A stretch of DNA of 64,000 bases from Candidatus Poribacteria bacterium (GCA_965222225.1 CBDCTK010000002.1:2688001-2752000), one strand, 5' to 3'. Counted from the first letter of the stretch, positions 17,500-29,301 are shown. Notes: a model not told the origin generated them from the sequence alone. A program made the numbers and translations.

Positions 17500-19958
17500 G
17501 TAGCAACCATTGCCGCGATGAAAAGCGGACTGAAAGTGACAAACGTTGGATAATATGTTATACTATACTAGCAACGTAGCAACCATTGCCGCGATGAAAA
17601 GCGGACTGAAAGTATCACGCATCATGGTAGGGATTTTTCTTTGTGCGTGTAGCAACCATTGCCGCGATGAAAAGCGGACTGAAAGGATACAAAGAAGAGC
17701 CAACCAAAAGAGACATCGTCCTCGTAGCAACCATTGCCCCGACGAAAAGGGGACTGAAAGGTCGAAGTGGGACGGATATATATTTGATTGGTTGAGTAGC
17801 AACCATTGCCCCGATGAAAAGGATCAAGCGACCGGACAGGGAGCGCGATAGCGTTCCGTCAAATGACCGATTAGGGAGCGCGATAGCAAGCATGTAAGAG
17901 TTATCTGGGCGCCAACAGCGGCACCTAGCTCACGTAGTTACCTTTGCTCGGATGAAAAGGAATGTCTTCAAGTGGGACAAGAAGATTTCTATCGCATTCG
18001 CTATTCGCTCATTTGATCCCCGACGAAAAGCGGACTGAAAGTGCTCAACGCGGATGTGCATATCGCTATTGAGCGCAGTAGCAACCATTGCCGCGATGAA
18101 AAGCGATCAAGCGAACGGATAGTGAGTGCGATAGAGATTCCATAGAGTTCCTTCAAGCGACCGGATAGGGAGCGATCAAAGGAATGAATAATGACTGCGA
18201 TAGAGATTTCATAGAGTTACCTCAAATGGAGTTACCTCAAGCGACCGATTAGGCAGTAAGGCTTTCTATCGCATTCGCTAATCGCTCATTTGATCCCCGA
18301 TGAAAAGCGATCAAGCGAACGGATAGTGAGTGCGATAGTAAATCCCGTGCGATAGAGATTCCATAGAGTTCCTTCAAGCGACCGATCAAAGGAATGAATA
18401 ATGACTGCGATAGAGTTCCGTCAAATGACCGATTAGGGAGCAGGGCTTTCTATCGCCTTCGCTAATCGCTCAGTTGATCCCCGATGAAAAGGATCAAGCG
18501 ACACCGGACAGGGAGCGATCAAAGGAATGAATAATGACTGCGATAGAGTTCCCATAGAGTTTCCGCAAGCGACCGATTAGGGAGCGGGCTTTTCTATCGC
18601 CTTCGCTATTCGCTCAGTTGATCCCCGACGAAAAGGATCAAGCGAACGGACAGTGAGCGCGATAGCAAGCATGTAAGAGTAATCTGGGCGCCAACAGCGG
18701 CACCTAGCTCACGTAGTTACCTTTGCTCGGATGAAAAGGAATGTCTTCAAGTGGGACAAGAAGATTTCTATCGCCTTCCCTAATCGCTCAGTATTCGTTC
18801 GGTTGATTGCTATTCGCTTGCTTGAGGGATAATCTATCGCGCTCCTTATTCAGTCGCTTGATCCCCGATGAAAAGGATCAAGGGAGCGAATAGCGACCGC
18901 GATAGCAAGCATGTAAGAGTTATCTAGGCGCCAACAGTGGCACCTAACTCACGTAGTTACCTTTGCTCGGATGAAAAGGAATGTCTTCAAGTGGGACAAG
19001 AAGATTTCTATCGCCTTCGCTAATCGCTCAGTATTCGTTCGGTTGATCGCTATTCGCTTGCTTGAGGGATAATCTATCGCGCTCCTTATTCAGTCGCTTG
19101 ATCCCCGATGAAAAGGGGACTGAAAGAGCGGCTAGTACCCTGCCGACCCGTAGGCTGCTTTTGTAGCAACCATTGCCCCGATGAAAAGCGGACTGAAAGG
19201 CCACTTGCAGTCAATGAGTAAGCATAGAAAGCCAGTAGCAACCATTGCCGCGATGAAAAGGGGACTGAAAGTCGTGATATGCGGCGCGGCTGGGATATTA
19301 CAAGCTGTAGCAACCATTGCCGCGATGAAAAGCGATCAAGCGAACGGATAGTGAGTGCGATAGTAAATCCCGTGCGATAGAGATTCCATAGAGTTCCTTC
19401 AAGCGACCGGACAGGAAGCAATCAAAGGAATGAATAATGACTGCGATAGAGATTTCATAGAGTTACCTCAAATGGAGTTCCCTCAAGCGACCGATTAGGC
19501 AGTAAGGCTTTCTATCGCATTCGCTAATCGCTCATTTGATCCCCGACGAAAAGGGGACTGAAAGGCCCAACCGTTAATCTCTTTAATCGGCTTAACGCCA
19601 GTAGCAACCATTGCCCCGACGAAAAGGGGACTGAAAGCGCGCAGCATCAACGATCTCCAGAGCGAGAAGTTGCGTAGCAACCATTGCCGCGATGAAAAGC
19701 GGACTGAAAGTCCATAAAAAGTTAGATGATTCCATACCAAAATTATAGTAGCAACCATTGCCCCGACGAAAAGGATCAAGGGAGCGAATAGCGACCGCGA
19801 TAGCAAGCATGTAAGAGTAATCTGGTCGCCAACAGCGGCACCTAGCTCACGTAGTTACCTTTGCTCGGATGAAAAGGAATGTCTTCAAGTGGGACAAGAA
19901 GATTTCTATCGCCTTCGCTAATCGCTCAGTTGATCCCCGACGAAAAGGGGGCTGAATG
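17500..19958 (+). CRISPR. CRISPR array, 37-bp repeat GTAGCAACCATTGCCSCGAYGAAAAGSGGACTGAAAG; 12 repeat positions, 11 spacers (35-39 bp); 4 repeats interrupted
   Basis: Repeats start at 17500, 17576, 17649, 17724, 17796*, 18078*, 19163, 19235, 19307*, 19601, 19674 and 19748* (* = interrupted); the last has a degenerate 3' end. Confidence 0.95.
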
Positions 19959-20839
19959 CTTCCTAATTCATCTTGCGCCATCTCAATTGAAATCTGCCCT
20001 GGATGAATCCGTCTATGAACGCAGATTAGATGCCATCTTCTTCAGTTCAATCCCCTCAAAATAGGCGAATCCCATTACGACGCCAATGAGATCGCCGCAA
20101 TTCAAAATTGAACCAAGCATGCTGCCGAAACCCCTTTGAGGTCGTAGGCAAGCGGTTCCCCATGCGCATCTGCCACAAACTGCGCCGCTGGCCCCAGCAC
20201 CTGCTGCCAACCAAAAGGAAACCGAATCCTATGTATGAATCGCGGCGGTTTTTAATTGACAACTCCACGCACGTATAGTATAATAGCGCCAACTCGGCGA
20301 TGCCGGTTAGAGATAGTCGCACACCTGTCGCTTCCGGTAATGAGCCGCCGAGAGGAAAATCCAATGTGTATTGTGTGCATTGCGTTCACCCGCGCATCCT
20401 CTAAATCTGTGCTATCAAAAGCTTCCACCGTCTTTGAAGAAGTGAACGCGCCTTCCGCGCATGGCGCTGAGTGTCAAACTTGTTCGCCTTTGCGCACGCT
20501 GTGTGACGCGAAATTAGTAATAAAACCTATGAGCAAATTGTCGAATCTGTGTCTAAACCGCTTTTCCGGTTCACCTGTTTTTGCCCCTTTTCCGCGTCGA
20601 ATTTGTCGGCACATGAGCGAATCTCGGTGGCATCCGGTCGCAGCGCCTGCCACTGTTTTTGGCAATTTTCGCAGTACGGCGGTGAACGAGGTAAAAGTTA
20701 TATTCGCAGTTTATCGCAGTTTATCGCACACTCAATCACGACGCCAAAACCATGTACGAAGCCACGCTACGACACGCTACGACGCAGTTCTCGAGTCGTA
20801 ACGCATTAACTGCGATACAGATTCCTCAAACCACTCTAG

Positions 20840-20985
20840 GATCAAGCGACCGATCAAAGGAATGAATAATGACTGCGATAGAGTTCCCTCAAGCGAGCGA
20901 TTAGCGAGTGCGATAGAGATCTTACTGCGATAGAAAATCCCGATAGTAGTTCCTGATAGAGCTCCCATGCGATAGTAGAGCCCGG
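20840..20985 (+). repeat. Nested hairpin micro-elements with stacked GCGATAG-tail remnants
   Basis: Three units followed by repeated (GCG)ATAG-tail fragments. Confidence 0.8.
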
Positions 20986-21487
20986 CGCGAGAGCATTCCT
21001 AATAAACCCTCCCCAAAAAATATCCACTAACCCCTGCTTTTTTCATTGACCACATTACACATGTATAATATGATGCCGACCAAACGGATATACCGATGAA
21101 TGAATACCGTACTCCCCGCATTGCCAAACTGTCCTGCTCGAACGGATTAGGTCTTCGTCTATGTGCGCACCGTGACTTGACCTTCAAAACAACGATCTTT
21201 TTCTCTTGTACCTATTTTGTACCTATTTGCCGGTAGGTGAACCCGCACTATCAATGAAAACTACTGAAGCAAACAATGTGAGCACCCTCTCGAAATCGCC
21301 GCTCCGTTCACATTCCTGTACCTCTTTCTGGTGCGGTATTTTTACAGAAAATAGGTACAACCACCGCCTAACCCACCCCAAATGGGTGCTGGATCAACTT
21401 TTTTGTACACGCATTCGATCAATCAGCTAAAATCAACCGACTGGATGGCGTGCAGGATTTTTATCGCAGTCGATGTCTGTTCCTTTA

Positions 21488-21784
21488 GATCCTGTTTGAA
21501 AAGTACAGTTTGTAGGGTGCGATCAAAGGAATGAATAATGACTGCGATAGAGATCCCCTGCGATCAACTGAGTGGATAACGAAGGCGATAGTCTTGTAGG
21601 GTGGGATCAAGGGAGCGAATAGCGATCAAGCGACTGAATAAGGAGCACGATAGAAATCCCGTGCGATAGAGATCCTACAGGTATGTAGCAGCCAACAATT
21701 ATGTAGCAGCCAACAATGAAAACATGAAAAAACTTTCTACAAATGACCAAAAATGGCTTTGCCACCGATTATTCAAACAGGTTC
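21488..21784. mobile_element. MITE (GA(G/T/A)CCTGTTTGAA TIRs, TTA duplication) carrying micro-elements
   Basis: tta-GATCCTGTTTGAA...TTCAAACAGGTTC-tta; internal sequence shared with 46220-46440. Confidence 0.75.
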
Positions 21785-21883
21785 TTAATCGATAGAAATC
21801 CGAGGGCTATTGAGTTCCTACAGTAGTCCAACTGCGATATACATCTTGTACTACTCTAATCAGCGATGTAAGGGAGAATCGAA

Positions 21884-23299
21884 ATGGCGCCGATGGTTCC
21901 GTTTTTTCAACAGGTCAACCTTAACTTCGACACAGCCGCTCAGTTCACCGATTACCCGCGCGGTCTGCTTGAACAGATCAAAATGTGCGATACGGTCTGT
22001 CACATGGCATTCCCGGTCAAACGGGCTGATGGAGCGATTGAGGTAGTGCATGCGTGGCGTGCGGAACACAGTCATCACAAACTGCCGACAAAAGGAGGAA
22101 TCCGTTACAGCACGCTGGTCTGTGAGGACGAGGTGACGGCGCTCGCCGCCCTGATGACGTACAAATGCGCCATCGTCGATGTGCCGTTTGGCGGGGCAAA
22201 GGGCGGTGTCCAAATCGATATCAAGAAGTATTCCGCCGACGAATTGGAACGCATCACTCGGAGCTACACGTATGAATTAGTCCGAAAGAATTTCATTGGT
22301 CCGGGGATAGATGTTCCCGCCCCCGACTACGGTACCGGAGAACGTGAAATGGCATGGATTGCCGACACCTATTCCTCATTGAATCCGGGCAGCTTGGACG
22401 CCTTGGCGTGTGTGACGGGAAAACCTGTTGAGCAGAGCGGGATTCGCGGACGCAGAGAGGCGACCGGCAGAGGCGTGTACGTTGGCATCCGCGAAGCGTG
22501 CAGTTTCTCGGAGGATATGGCTACACTTGGACTTAAGCCGGGCCTGGAGGGAAAACGGGTGGCGGTTCAAGGATTTGGCCAGGTCGGTTACTACTCCGCC
22601 AAATTCTTGGGTGAAGCCGGTGCGGTGGTTGTTGGATTGGCAGATATTGGCGGGGCAATCTACAATCCGAAAGGGTTGGATGTGGAGGAAGTCTTTCAGC
22701 ATCGAGGCGAAACTGGCGCCCTTCTCAATTTTCCCGGCGCGCGCAATCTCCCAAACCCCGCTGACGTCATCGAACTTGAATGTGACATCCTCGTGCCGGC
22801 GGCGCTTGAAAATCAGATAACCCGCGAGAACGCCCCCCGCATCAGAGCCAAGATTATAGCGGAGGCGGCAAACGGACCAACAACCCCTCAGGCTGACGAC
22901 ATCCTCCAGTCAAAAGGGGTGATGGTTATTCCGGATGTGTATCTGAATGCCGGCGGTGTTACAGTCTCTTATTTTGAATGGCTCAAGAACCTCTCGCATG
23001 TGCGGTTCGGTCGGCTAGAGAGTCGATTTGAGGAGAATACGCACAGAAACCTCTTGAAAGCGATTGAAAGCGTGACGGGGGTGCAGTTCTCAGAATCGGA
23101 ACAGGATCGATTGGCGCATGGCGCCACGGAAGAAGATTTGGTGGCGTCGGCGCTTGAGGATACAATGGTGACCGCATACGACGAAATTAGAACGGAATCA
23201 AAAGCGCTCGGACAAAAAGCCCGGTTAAGAACCGCGGCGTTCGTCATCGCTATCAATAAGGTTGCTCGGTCTTATATGCAAACCGGAATCTTCCCGTAA
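21884..23299 (+). CDS. gdhA: Glutamate dehydrogenase (Glu/Leu/Phe/Val family)
   Basis: [30 protein letters not shown]-like, QGFGQVG, and [12 protein letters not shown] motifs. Confidence 0.93.
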   Translation: MAPMVPFFQQVNLNFDTAAQFTDYPRGLLEQIKMCDTVCHMAFPVKRADGAIEVVHAWRAEHSHHKLPTKGGIRYSTLVCEDEVTALAALMTYKCAIVDVPFGGAKGGVQIDIKKYSADELERITRSYTYELVRKNFIGPGIDVPAPDYGTGEREMAWIADTYSSLNPGSLDALACVTGKPVEQSGIRGRREATGRGVYVGIREACSFSEDMATLGLKPGLEGKRVAVQGFGQVGYYSAKFLGEAGAVVVGLADIGGAIYNPKGLDVEEVFQHRGETGALLNFPGARNLPNPADVIELECDILVPAALENQITRENAPRIRAKIIAEAANGPTTPQADDILQSKGVMVIPDVYLNAGGVTVSYFEWLKNLSHVRFGRLESRFEENTHRNLLKAIESVTGVQFSESEQDRLAHGATEEDLVASALEDTMVTAYDEIRTESKALGQKARLRTAAFVIAINKVARSYMQTGIFP

Positions 23300-23582
23300 G
23301 AAGGTTTCCGCGATTTCATCGTAGTGGGTTCTCTATTCGGTTTTCACGAGAAACGGAAAGGTCTATCGCCGTGCGAGATTATGGTGATTTTGTGCAGAGA
23401 TTACACGGATTAAGCTTGCCCAATTTAGAGCAAGATACTCTTGGGGAGGTCGATGGCTACGCTATCTATCGTCTGCAATTCGGGACATGCCGCGCCTATC
23501 CCAACGAACTCAAAACAATCCCGTTGAAATCGGTCTAGCTATGGAACCTGTGCCCGTGTATCGCCCGAAAAATACGTAAATC

Positions 23583-23611
23583 TGTGACATTTTGTGACAT
23601 TTTGTGACATT
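23583..23611. repeat. Tandem 10-mer TGTGACATTT x3
   Basis: Directly visible in intergenic DNA. Confidence 0.7.
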
Positions 23612-24375
23612 GACCGGAAGTTTTCGGCTGCGATACAGACCCCGGTGCGATAGAGGTTCCATAATGAGTGTCCCGGCTGCATGATCTACGATGCCTGTGG
23701 CGCATATTCGAATCGTGGTCCGTAAAGACCGGATAATCACCCGCATTTTCCTTCAGCCCTTGGCTGTCGCCATCTGTTACCCTGAACGAATTCACAAAGA
23801 ATCGTCAAAATGAGAATGCCTTGCGACGCCGGATCTTTTTCTTGGATTCGCTCAAGAAAGCCGCGCCCCAACATACACAAACACGGCGACACCGTTTCCG
23901 AGAAGCGCCCAAAAAAACCGGCATCTAAATTTACTGAGAAAACTGAATTAACTGAAGAATTTACCTTCTACCACCGTCGAAAATCAGAATTCAACACATG
24001 GTCGCAACAACCGAATGAATTCCTACCCGCGGCTCACATGGGATGAATGGCTGAGTCGCTCGGCATCGCCGAACGCGCATCTTATCTCCGGCAAGCCAGT
24101 GGCAAACAATCTTTGATGTGGCATTACGCTTAAGAAAACTGCAATTTCCCGAAAAGCGCAACCGTTCACTAGTATAGAATTCCCGTAGTAATCTTGGATC
24201 AATAATGTATCTCGCAGGATAGATATCTTGCGGAATCCCATAACAGTCGCTTAACCAAGACAATGACGGACGGTTCAAAATCAACATCGCGCTAGAGACT
24301 GCCTCTAGAGCCGAGAAATCTCAGCCTAAAACCGGGTTGTGCGGCGGAACCAAATCTTATTACACACGAACAGGA

Positions 24376-25266
24376 ATGAAAATACAGACATTACCGGAGG
24401 AACTCAGCATTGATAGCCTGAGCGATTATCCTCGCCGCATCGTCTGCTTGACGGACGAAACCACGGAAACCCTCTATCTATTGGGCGAGGACGCCCGAAT
24501 TGCGGGAGTCTCGGGGTACACGGTTCGCCCCAAGGAGGCGCGCTCCAAGCCGAGACTCTCGGCTTTTGTCAGCGCCAAAATAGACAAGATTGAGGAATTG
24601 CGCCCGGATTTGGTACTCGCTTTTTCCGACTTGCAGGCTGACATCGTGCGCGAGTTAATCCAAAAGGGGTTGACTGTCCTCACCTTCAATCAGAGAAGCG
24701 TCGCCGAGATCTTGCAGATGATTCTGACCTTGGCTAATCTGGTGGGGTGTCCGGAAAAGGGGAGAGCGCTCGCCTCGGAGTTGTCGAGCGGGTTGGAAGA
24801 GATTCGGGCGTCGGCGCGGCGCTTTCCTCGACGGCCTCGGGTATTATTCGAGGAGTGGCACGACCCTTTGATTAGCGGCATTCAATGGGTGGAGGAACTC
24901 ATCGAGTTGGCGGGAGGAGAGCCGATCTTCCCGGAGTTGCGCCATCAGCCGTTGGCGCGCGATCGTATTCTAGACCCCGGTTGCGTAATCGATCCCGATC
25001 CGGAGGTGGTCATCGCTTCTTGGTGCGGCGTCAAGGTGAATAAAGATCGGATCATGGCTCGACCCGGCTGGTCTGGAATAACCGCGGTGCGTTGCGGGCA
25101 CATCTACGAAATCAAATTGACCTACATCTTGCAGCCTGGTCCTGCGGCTCTGACGGAGGGCATCCGGCAGATTCACTTCGTATTGGCTCATGTCGTCGGG
25201 GTTGAGGTGGATCCCCGGCTCAGACCCCGCGAAAGGGTGGACGCCGCATTGGTTTCTTCGGGATGA
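24376..25266 (+). CDS. Cobalamin/Fe-siderophore-type substrate-binding protein (BtuF-like)
   Basis: RRIVCLTDETTETLYLLG, PDLVLAFSDLQ, EEWHDPLISG, ILQPGPAAL. Confidence 0.85.
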   Translation: MKIQTLPEELSIDSLSDYPRRIVCLTDETTETLYLLGEDARIAGVSGYTVRPKEARSKPRLSAFVSAKIDKIEELRPDLVLAFSDLQADIVRELIQKGLTVLTFNQRSVAEILQMILTLANLVGCPEKGRALASELSSGLEEIRASARRFPRRPRVLFEEWHDPLISGIQWVEELIELAGGEPIFPELRHQPLARDRILDPGCVIDPDPEVVIASWCGVKVNKDRIMARPGWSGITAVRCGHIYEIKLTYILQPGPAALTEGIRQIHFVLAHVVGVEVDPRLRPRERVDAALVSSG

Positions 25267-25608
25267 GAGGCATGGGTGAGTGGAGGTCGCGATCGGGAGA
25301 GGGATCTCTATCGCGCTCATTATTCATTCGCTTGATCGCAGGGGATCTCTATCGCAGTCATTATTCATTCCTTTGATCGCACCCTACAAGATTATTATTC
25401 AAACAGGTTCTTAGTCTCGGTTGAGATCACAAATCGCTGGACACGATCACGGATTTATAATAGAATACAACTTCGGGATTGCCTCGTGTCTGAGATGGAC
25501 TATTGTGTTTTCAAAGCATTGATTTGCGCGCGGGATAAGGGCGAGAGGAAGCAAATCTGCCGTTGTAATTTTTGCATTCATTAGATATATCAATTGTTGA
25601 GGAGGAAT

Positions 25609-28600
25609 ATGGCGACATCCGCATTTGTGCATCTTCATAATCATAGTGAATATAGTTTCCTTGATGGCGCGTGCCGCATTGAGGGCATCGTCGATTGGGC
25701 GTATGAGCAGAGCGTGCAAGCCGTGGCGCTGACGGATCACGGTAACATGTTCGGGGCGTGGGAGTTTTACAAGAAGGCGAAGGACAAAGGGGTCAATCCC
25801 ATCGTGGGTTGCGAGGTCTATGTCGCCCCGGAGAGCCGACACGAGCGCGGCAGGGAGCAAGGTAGTCCTTATCACCTGACGCTGCTTGCGGAGGACGCCA
25901 CCGGCTATCGGAATCTCATGAAGCTGGTCTCGCTCGGATATCTGGAAGGATTTTACTCGAAGCCTCGAATCGATATGGAAATCTTGCGCGCGCATCGCGA
26001 CGGGATCATCGCGTTGACGGGGTGCATCCAAGGGTATGTTCCGGCGTTGTTGGCAGCGAACCAGCGTGAAGCCGCGGTGACGAATTTCCAACGGCTGCAG
26101 GACGTTATGGGGCGCGACAATCTGTATGTCGAAGTTCAGAATCACGGGATTCCCGATGAGAAGCGCGCCTACAAAGTGATGACCCAACTCGCTCAGGAGC
26201 ACGGTCTGCCGATTGTCGGGACAAACGACTGTCACTACCTTAACCGGTCGGATCACCGGATGCACGATGTGTTGCTTTGTATTCAGATGAAACGCACGGT
26301 GGATGAAGAAAATCGCATGCGTTTCCTCAACGAGTTTTATTTTAAGAATATTGACGAGATGCGCGAGGCACTGAAGGATTTTCCGCCGGAAGCGATTGCG
26401 AATACGCTTGAGATTGCGAATCGCTGCCAGCTTGAGCTTGATTATGGCGAACAGATTATGCCGAAATACGAAGTTCCGGAGGGTTTCACGGCGGATTCGT
26501 ATCTTGCCAAGCTGTGCGAGGATGCGCTGCGCGAGAAGTACGGCGAAATTTCGACGGAGATGAGAAAACGACTCGACGATGAACTTGATGTCATACAAAA
26601 GACGGGCTACGCCGGGTATCTGCTGATTGTGTGGGATTATGTCAACTTTGCGAGACATCAGAAAATCCCGTTCATTGGCCGCGGATCGGCGGGCGGAAGT
26701 TTGGCTATGTTCGCGCTTGGCGTGACGACGTTCAACCCGTTGGAGTATGATTGCTTGTTCGAGCGGTTCCTAAACCCTGAGCGAGTTAGCATGCCCGATA
26801 TCGACATTGACTTCGGAGATGAACATAGGAAAATCGTCATTGATTATCTAACGGAGAAGTACGGTTCGGAGTGCGTCGGGCAGGTGGCAACCTTCAGCAC
26901 CTTCGCAGCAAAAGCCGCAGTTACGGATGTGGGACGCGCGCTCGATATGGAGATGCAGGATGTTCGCCGAGTGACCCAGCTAATTCCCGCTGTGCCCGGC
27001 GTGACGCTCGACGAGTCCTTGGGGGACGTTCCGCAATTCCGGGAGCTTTCCGAGGCACCGGAAAACCGAGATATGATGGAGGTTGCCAAGTCGATTGAGG
27101 GGATGAAGCGGCATGTTTCCATTCACGCCTGCGGGATTGTATTGGCAAACGGCCCGCTCACCGACTATGTTCCACTCTTCAAGGACAAGAACGACCGCGT
27201 CGCAACACAGTACAATCTCAAGACGCTTGAAGATGTCGGCATGGTGAAGTTTGACTTCCTCGGACTACGAACCTTGAGCGAGGTCTACCACTGTCTAGCG
27301 CAGATTAAGGAGCGGCACGGGGTTGAGCTTACGCTTGAAGGCATCCCGTTTGATAACGAAAAGACGTATCAGGTCATCAGCGCGGGATTGGTTGCCGGGC
27401 TCTTCCAGTTGGAAACCTCGCCGGGGATGCGGCGCGTCACGATGCAAATCAAACCCAACAATTTCGAGGATTTTGTGCCAATTTCCGCGCTTTACCGTCC
27501 GGGACCGCTAGACAGCGGCATGATGGACAAGTTCATCCGCCGAAAACTTAAGGTTGAACCGGTGACTTATCTTCACCCGACGCTGGAAGATGCGCTGAAA
27601 AACACTTACGGCGTCTGCATCTACCAAGAGCAGGTGATGCAGATTGCGCGGGACATGGCTGACTTTACGCTTGCGGAAGCGGATGTTCTCCGCGATGCGA
27701 TGGGCAAGAAGAAAATGGACGTGCTCAAAATGCAGCGCGAGAAGTTCATTGAGGGCGCCGCGAACAACGGAATTGACAAGAAGAAGGCGGGCGAGGTTTT
27801 CGACTATCTCGAACCGTTCGGTCGATACGCTTTTAACCGTTCGCACACCGTCGCTTACGCGATTATGTCTTATCAGACGGCGTACCTCAAAACGCACTAT
27901 CCGCGTGAGTTCATGACGTCGATGATGAGCGGGGAGTCCGGTTCCAGCGAGAAGATTGTGAAGTATATCGCCGAGTGCCGACTGCTATCGGAATTTCTGG
28001 GCATTAAGATGGACGTTCTGCCACCGGGCGTGAATAGCAGCGGTTGGGATTTCACCGTGGACGGAGAAGACATCCGCTTCGGATTGGCTGCCGTCAAAAA
28101 TGTCAACGAAGGCGCGATTGAGTCTATAGTGAAAACGCGTGAAAAGGATGGCTCGTTCACGTCGCTGCAAGATTTCTGTGAGCGAGTCGATTCGAAGGCA
28201 GTCAGTAAACGGGTGATTGAAAGCCTTATAATGGCGGGTGCATTTGATTCATTTGAAGACGGGCACCGAGCGCAGCATTTAGCCAACTTGGAGCAGGTGA
28301 TGCGGGTGGCGCAGTCTGCGCAAGCGGATCGTGAGAAGGGGCAGATGAATCTGTTTGGCGACGCGGAGCAGGAACTGCCAGTTACCGAACCGGTTCTTGA
28401 TGAAGTGTCGGAGTGGGAACATAGTGAGGTGCTCAAGAACGAGAAGGAGCAGCTCGGTTTTTATCTCTCCGGGCATCCGTTGGAGGCGTACGGTGATGTC
28501 CTTGACTATTTTACAACCGCGTCGTCGCAAACCCTTGCCGAAAACCCTAACGGGACAGAGGTGTACGTCGCCGGTCAGATATCTTCGTTTCGCCTCACCA

Positions 28601-29148
28601 AAACGAAGAAGACCGGTGAATCGATGGCTATCTTGGTGATTGAAGATTTGGAGGGCACCTTTGATGTGGTTGTTTTTCCGGAGGCGTACAAAATATCGCA
28701 GCATGCCATTGAGGAGGGGAACTTCGTGTGCATACGCGGGGCAGTGAGCCAGAATCGGCAGCAGGCGCGAACCGACGAAGGGGAGATCGAAGAGGATGTG
28801 CGCCAGATCCAAGCGTCGGAGATTCTGCCTATTGGTCAGGTCGAGGAGCGATTGACATCGGCGGTTGAGGTCACAATTCCCGAATCGGATGTCGCGAATC
28901 AAGAAAAAATGGAAGCGTTACAGGCAATCTGTAGCCAACACGGTGGGGACAACGACCTCATCTTAAAGCTCGCATACCCGCGGTACGGCGAGGTCGTAGC
29001 CCAATGCAGCCCGAAATACAATGTTTCGTATGAACCCACGCTCGTGGCGGAAGTCGAGGCGCTTTTTGGGGATGGCAGCGTCAAGCCCAGCAATCGGACG
29101 ACGCGAGTCGGGGAGCGCACAAACGGTTCTTCGGTTAGTTATGTGTAA
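25609..29148 (+). CDS. dnaE: DNA polymerase III alpha subunit
   Basis: HLHNHSEYSFLDG PHP domain, GRGSAGGSL, MPDIDIDF, KFDFLGL, FNRSH. Confidence 0.97.
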   Translation: MATSAFVHLHNHSEYSFLDGACRIEGIVDWAYEQSVQAVALTDHGNMFGAWEFYKKAKDKGVNPIVGCEVYVAPESRHERGREQGSPYHLTLLAEDATGYRNLMKLVSLGYLEGFYSKPRIDMEILRAHRDGIIALTGCIQGYVPALLAANQREAAVTNFQRLQDVMGRDNLYVEVQNHGIPDEKRAYKVMTQLAQEHGLPIVGTNDCHYLNRSDHRMHDVLLCIQMKRTVDEENRMRFLNEFYFKNIDEMREALKDFPPEAIANTLEIANRCQLELDYGEQIMPKYEVPEGFTADSYLAKLCEDALREKYGEISTEMRKRLDDELDVIQKTGYAGYLLIVWDYVNFARHQKIPFIGRGSAGGSLAMFALGVTTFNPLEYDCLFERFLNPERVSMPDIDIDFGDEHRKIVIDYLTEKYGSECVGQVATFSTFAAKAAVTDVGRALDMEMQDVRRVTQLIPAVPGVTLDESLGDVPQFRELSEAPENRDMMEVAKSIEGMKRHVSIHACGIVLANGPLTDYVPLFKDKNDRVATQYNLKTLEDVGMVKFDFLGLRTLSEVYHCLAQIKERHGVELTLEGIPFDNEKTYQVISAGLVAGLFQLETSPGMRRVTMQIKPNNFEDFVPISALYRPGPLDSGMMDKFIRRKLKVEPVTYLHPTLEDALKNTYGVCIYQEQVMQIARDMADFTLAEADVLRDAMGKKKMDVLKMQREKFIEGAANNGIDKKKAGEVFDYLEPFGRYAFNRSHTVAYAIMSYQTAYLKTHYPREFMTSMMSGESGSSEKIVKYIAECRLLSEFLGIKMDVLPPGVNSSGWDFTVDGEDIRFGLAAVKNVNEGAIESIVKTREKDGSFTSLQDFCERVDSKAVSKRVIESLIMAGAFDSFEDGHRAQHLANLEQVMRVAQSAQADREKGQMNLFGDAEQELPVTEPVLDEVSEWEHSEVLKNEKEQLGFYLSGHPLEAYGDVLDYFTTASSQTLAENPNGTEVYVAGQISSFRLTKTKKTGESMAILVIEDLEGTFDVVVFPEAYKISQHAIEEGNFVCIRGAVSQNRQQARTDEGEIEEDVRQIQASEILPIGQVEERLTSAVEVTIPESDVANQEKMEALQAICSQHGGDNDLILKLAYPRYGEVVAQCSPKYNVSYEPTLVAEVEALFGDGSVKPSNRTTRVGERTNGSSVSYV

Positions 29149-29301
29149 AAATGTTGGAGATTTGGCGATCCCCGATGGAAATCAACGATTTGATGATCGT
29201 CGATCGCATCCTCCGAGAAGTGGTGGGCGGGGGATTCCTATCGCAGTCACTATCCGTTGGCTTGATCTCCGCTGTATCTTCAAATCACGAAAGGAATCAC
29301 C

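Noticed and set aside
17809-18030. Core CCCGAYGAAAAG as a proven target-site duplication
   Set aside because: Left and right copies differ at several inserts, so it is kept only as one of two hypotheses.
17537-19747. Self-targeting spacers
   Set aside because: No match to this window noticed by eye; a real search is needed.
17364-20064. Short ORFs across the leader and array
   Set aside because: They are translations of CRISPR repeats and micro-elements, with no coding signal.
23300-24375. Possible cobalamin riboswitch upstream of the BtuF-like gene
   Set aside because: No B12-box or other conserved riboswitch motifs recognised by eye.
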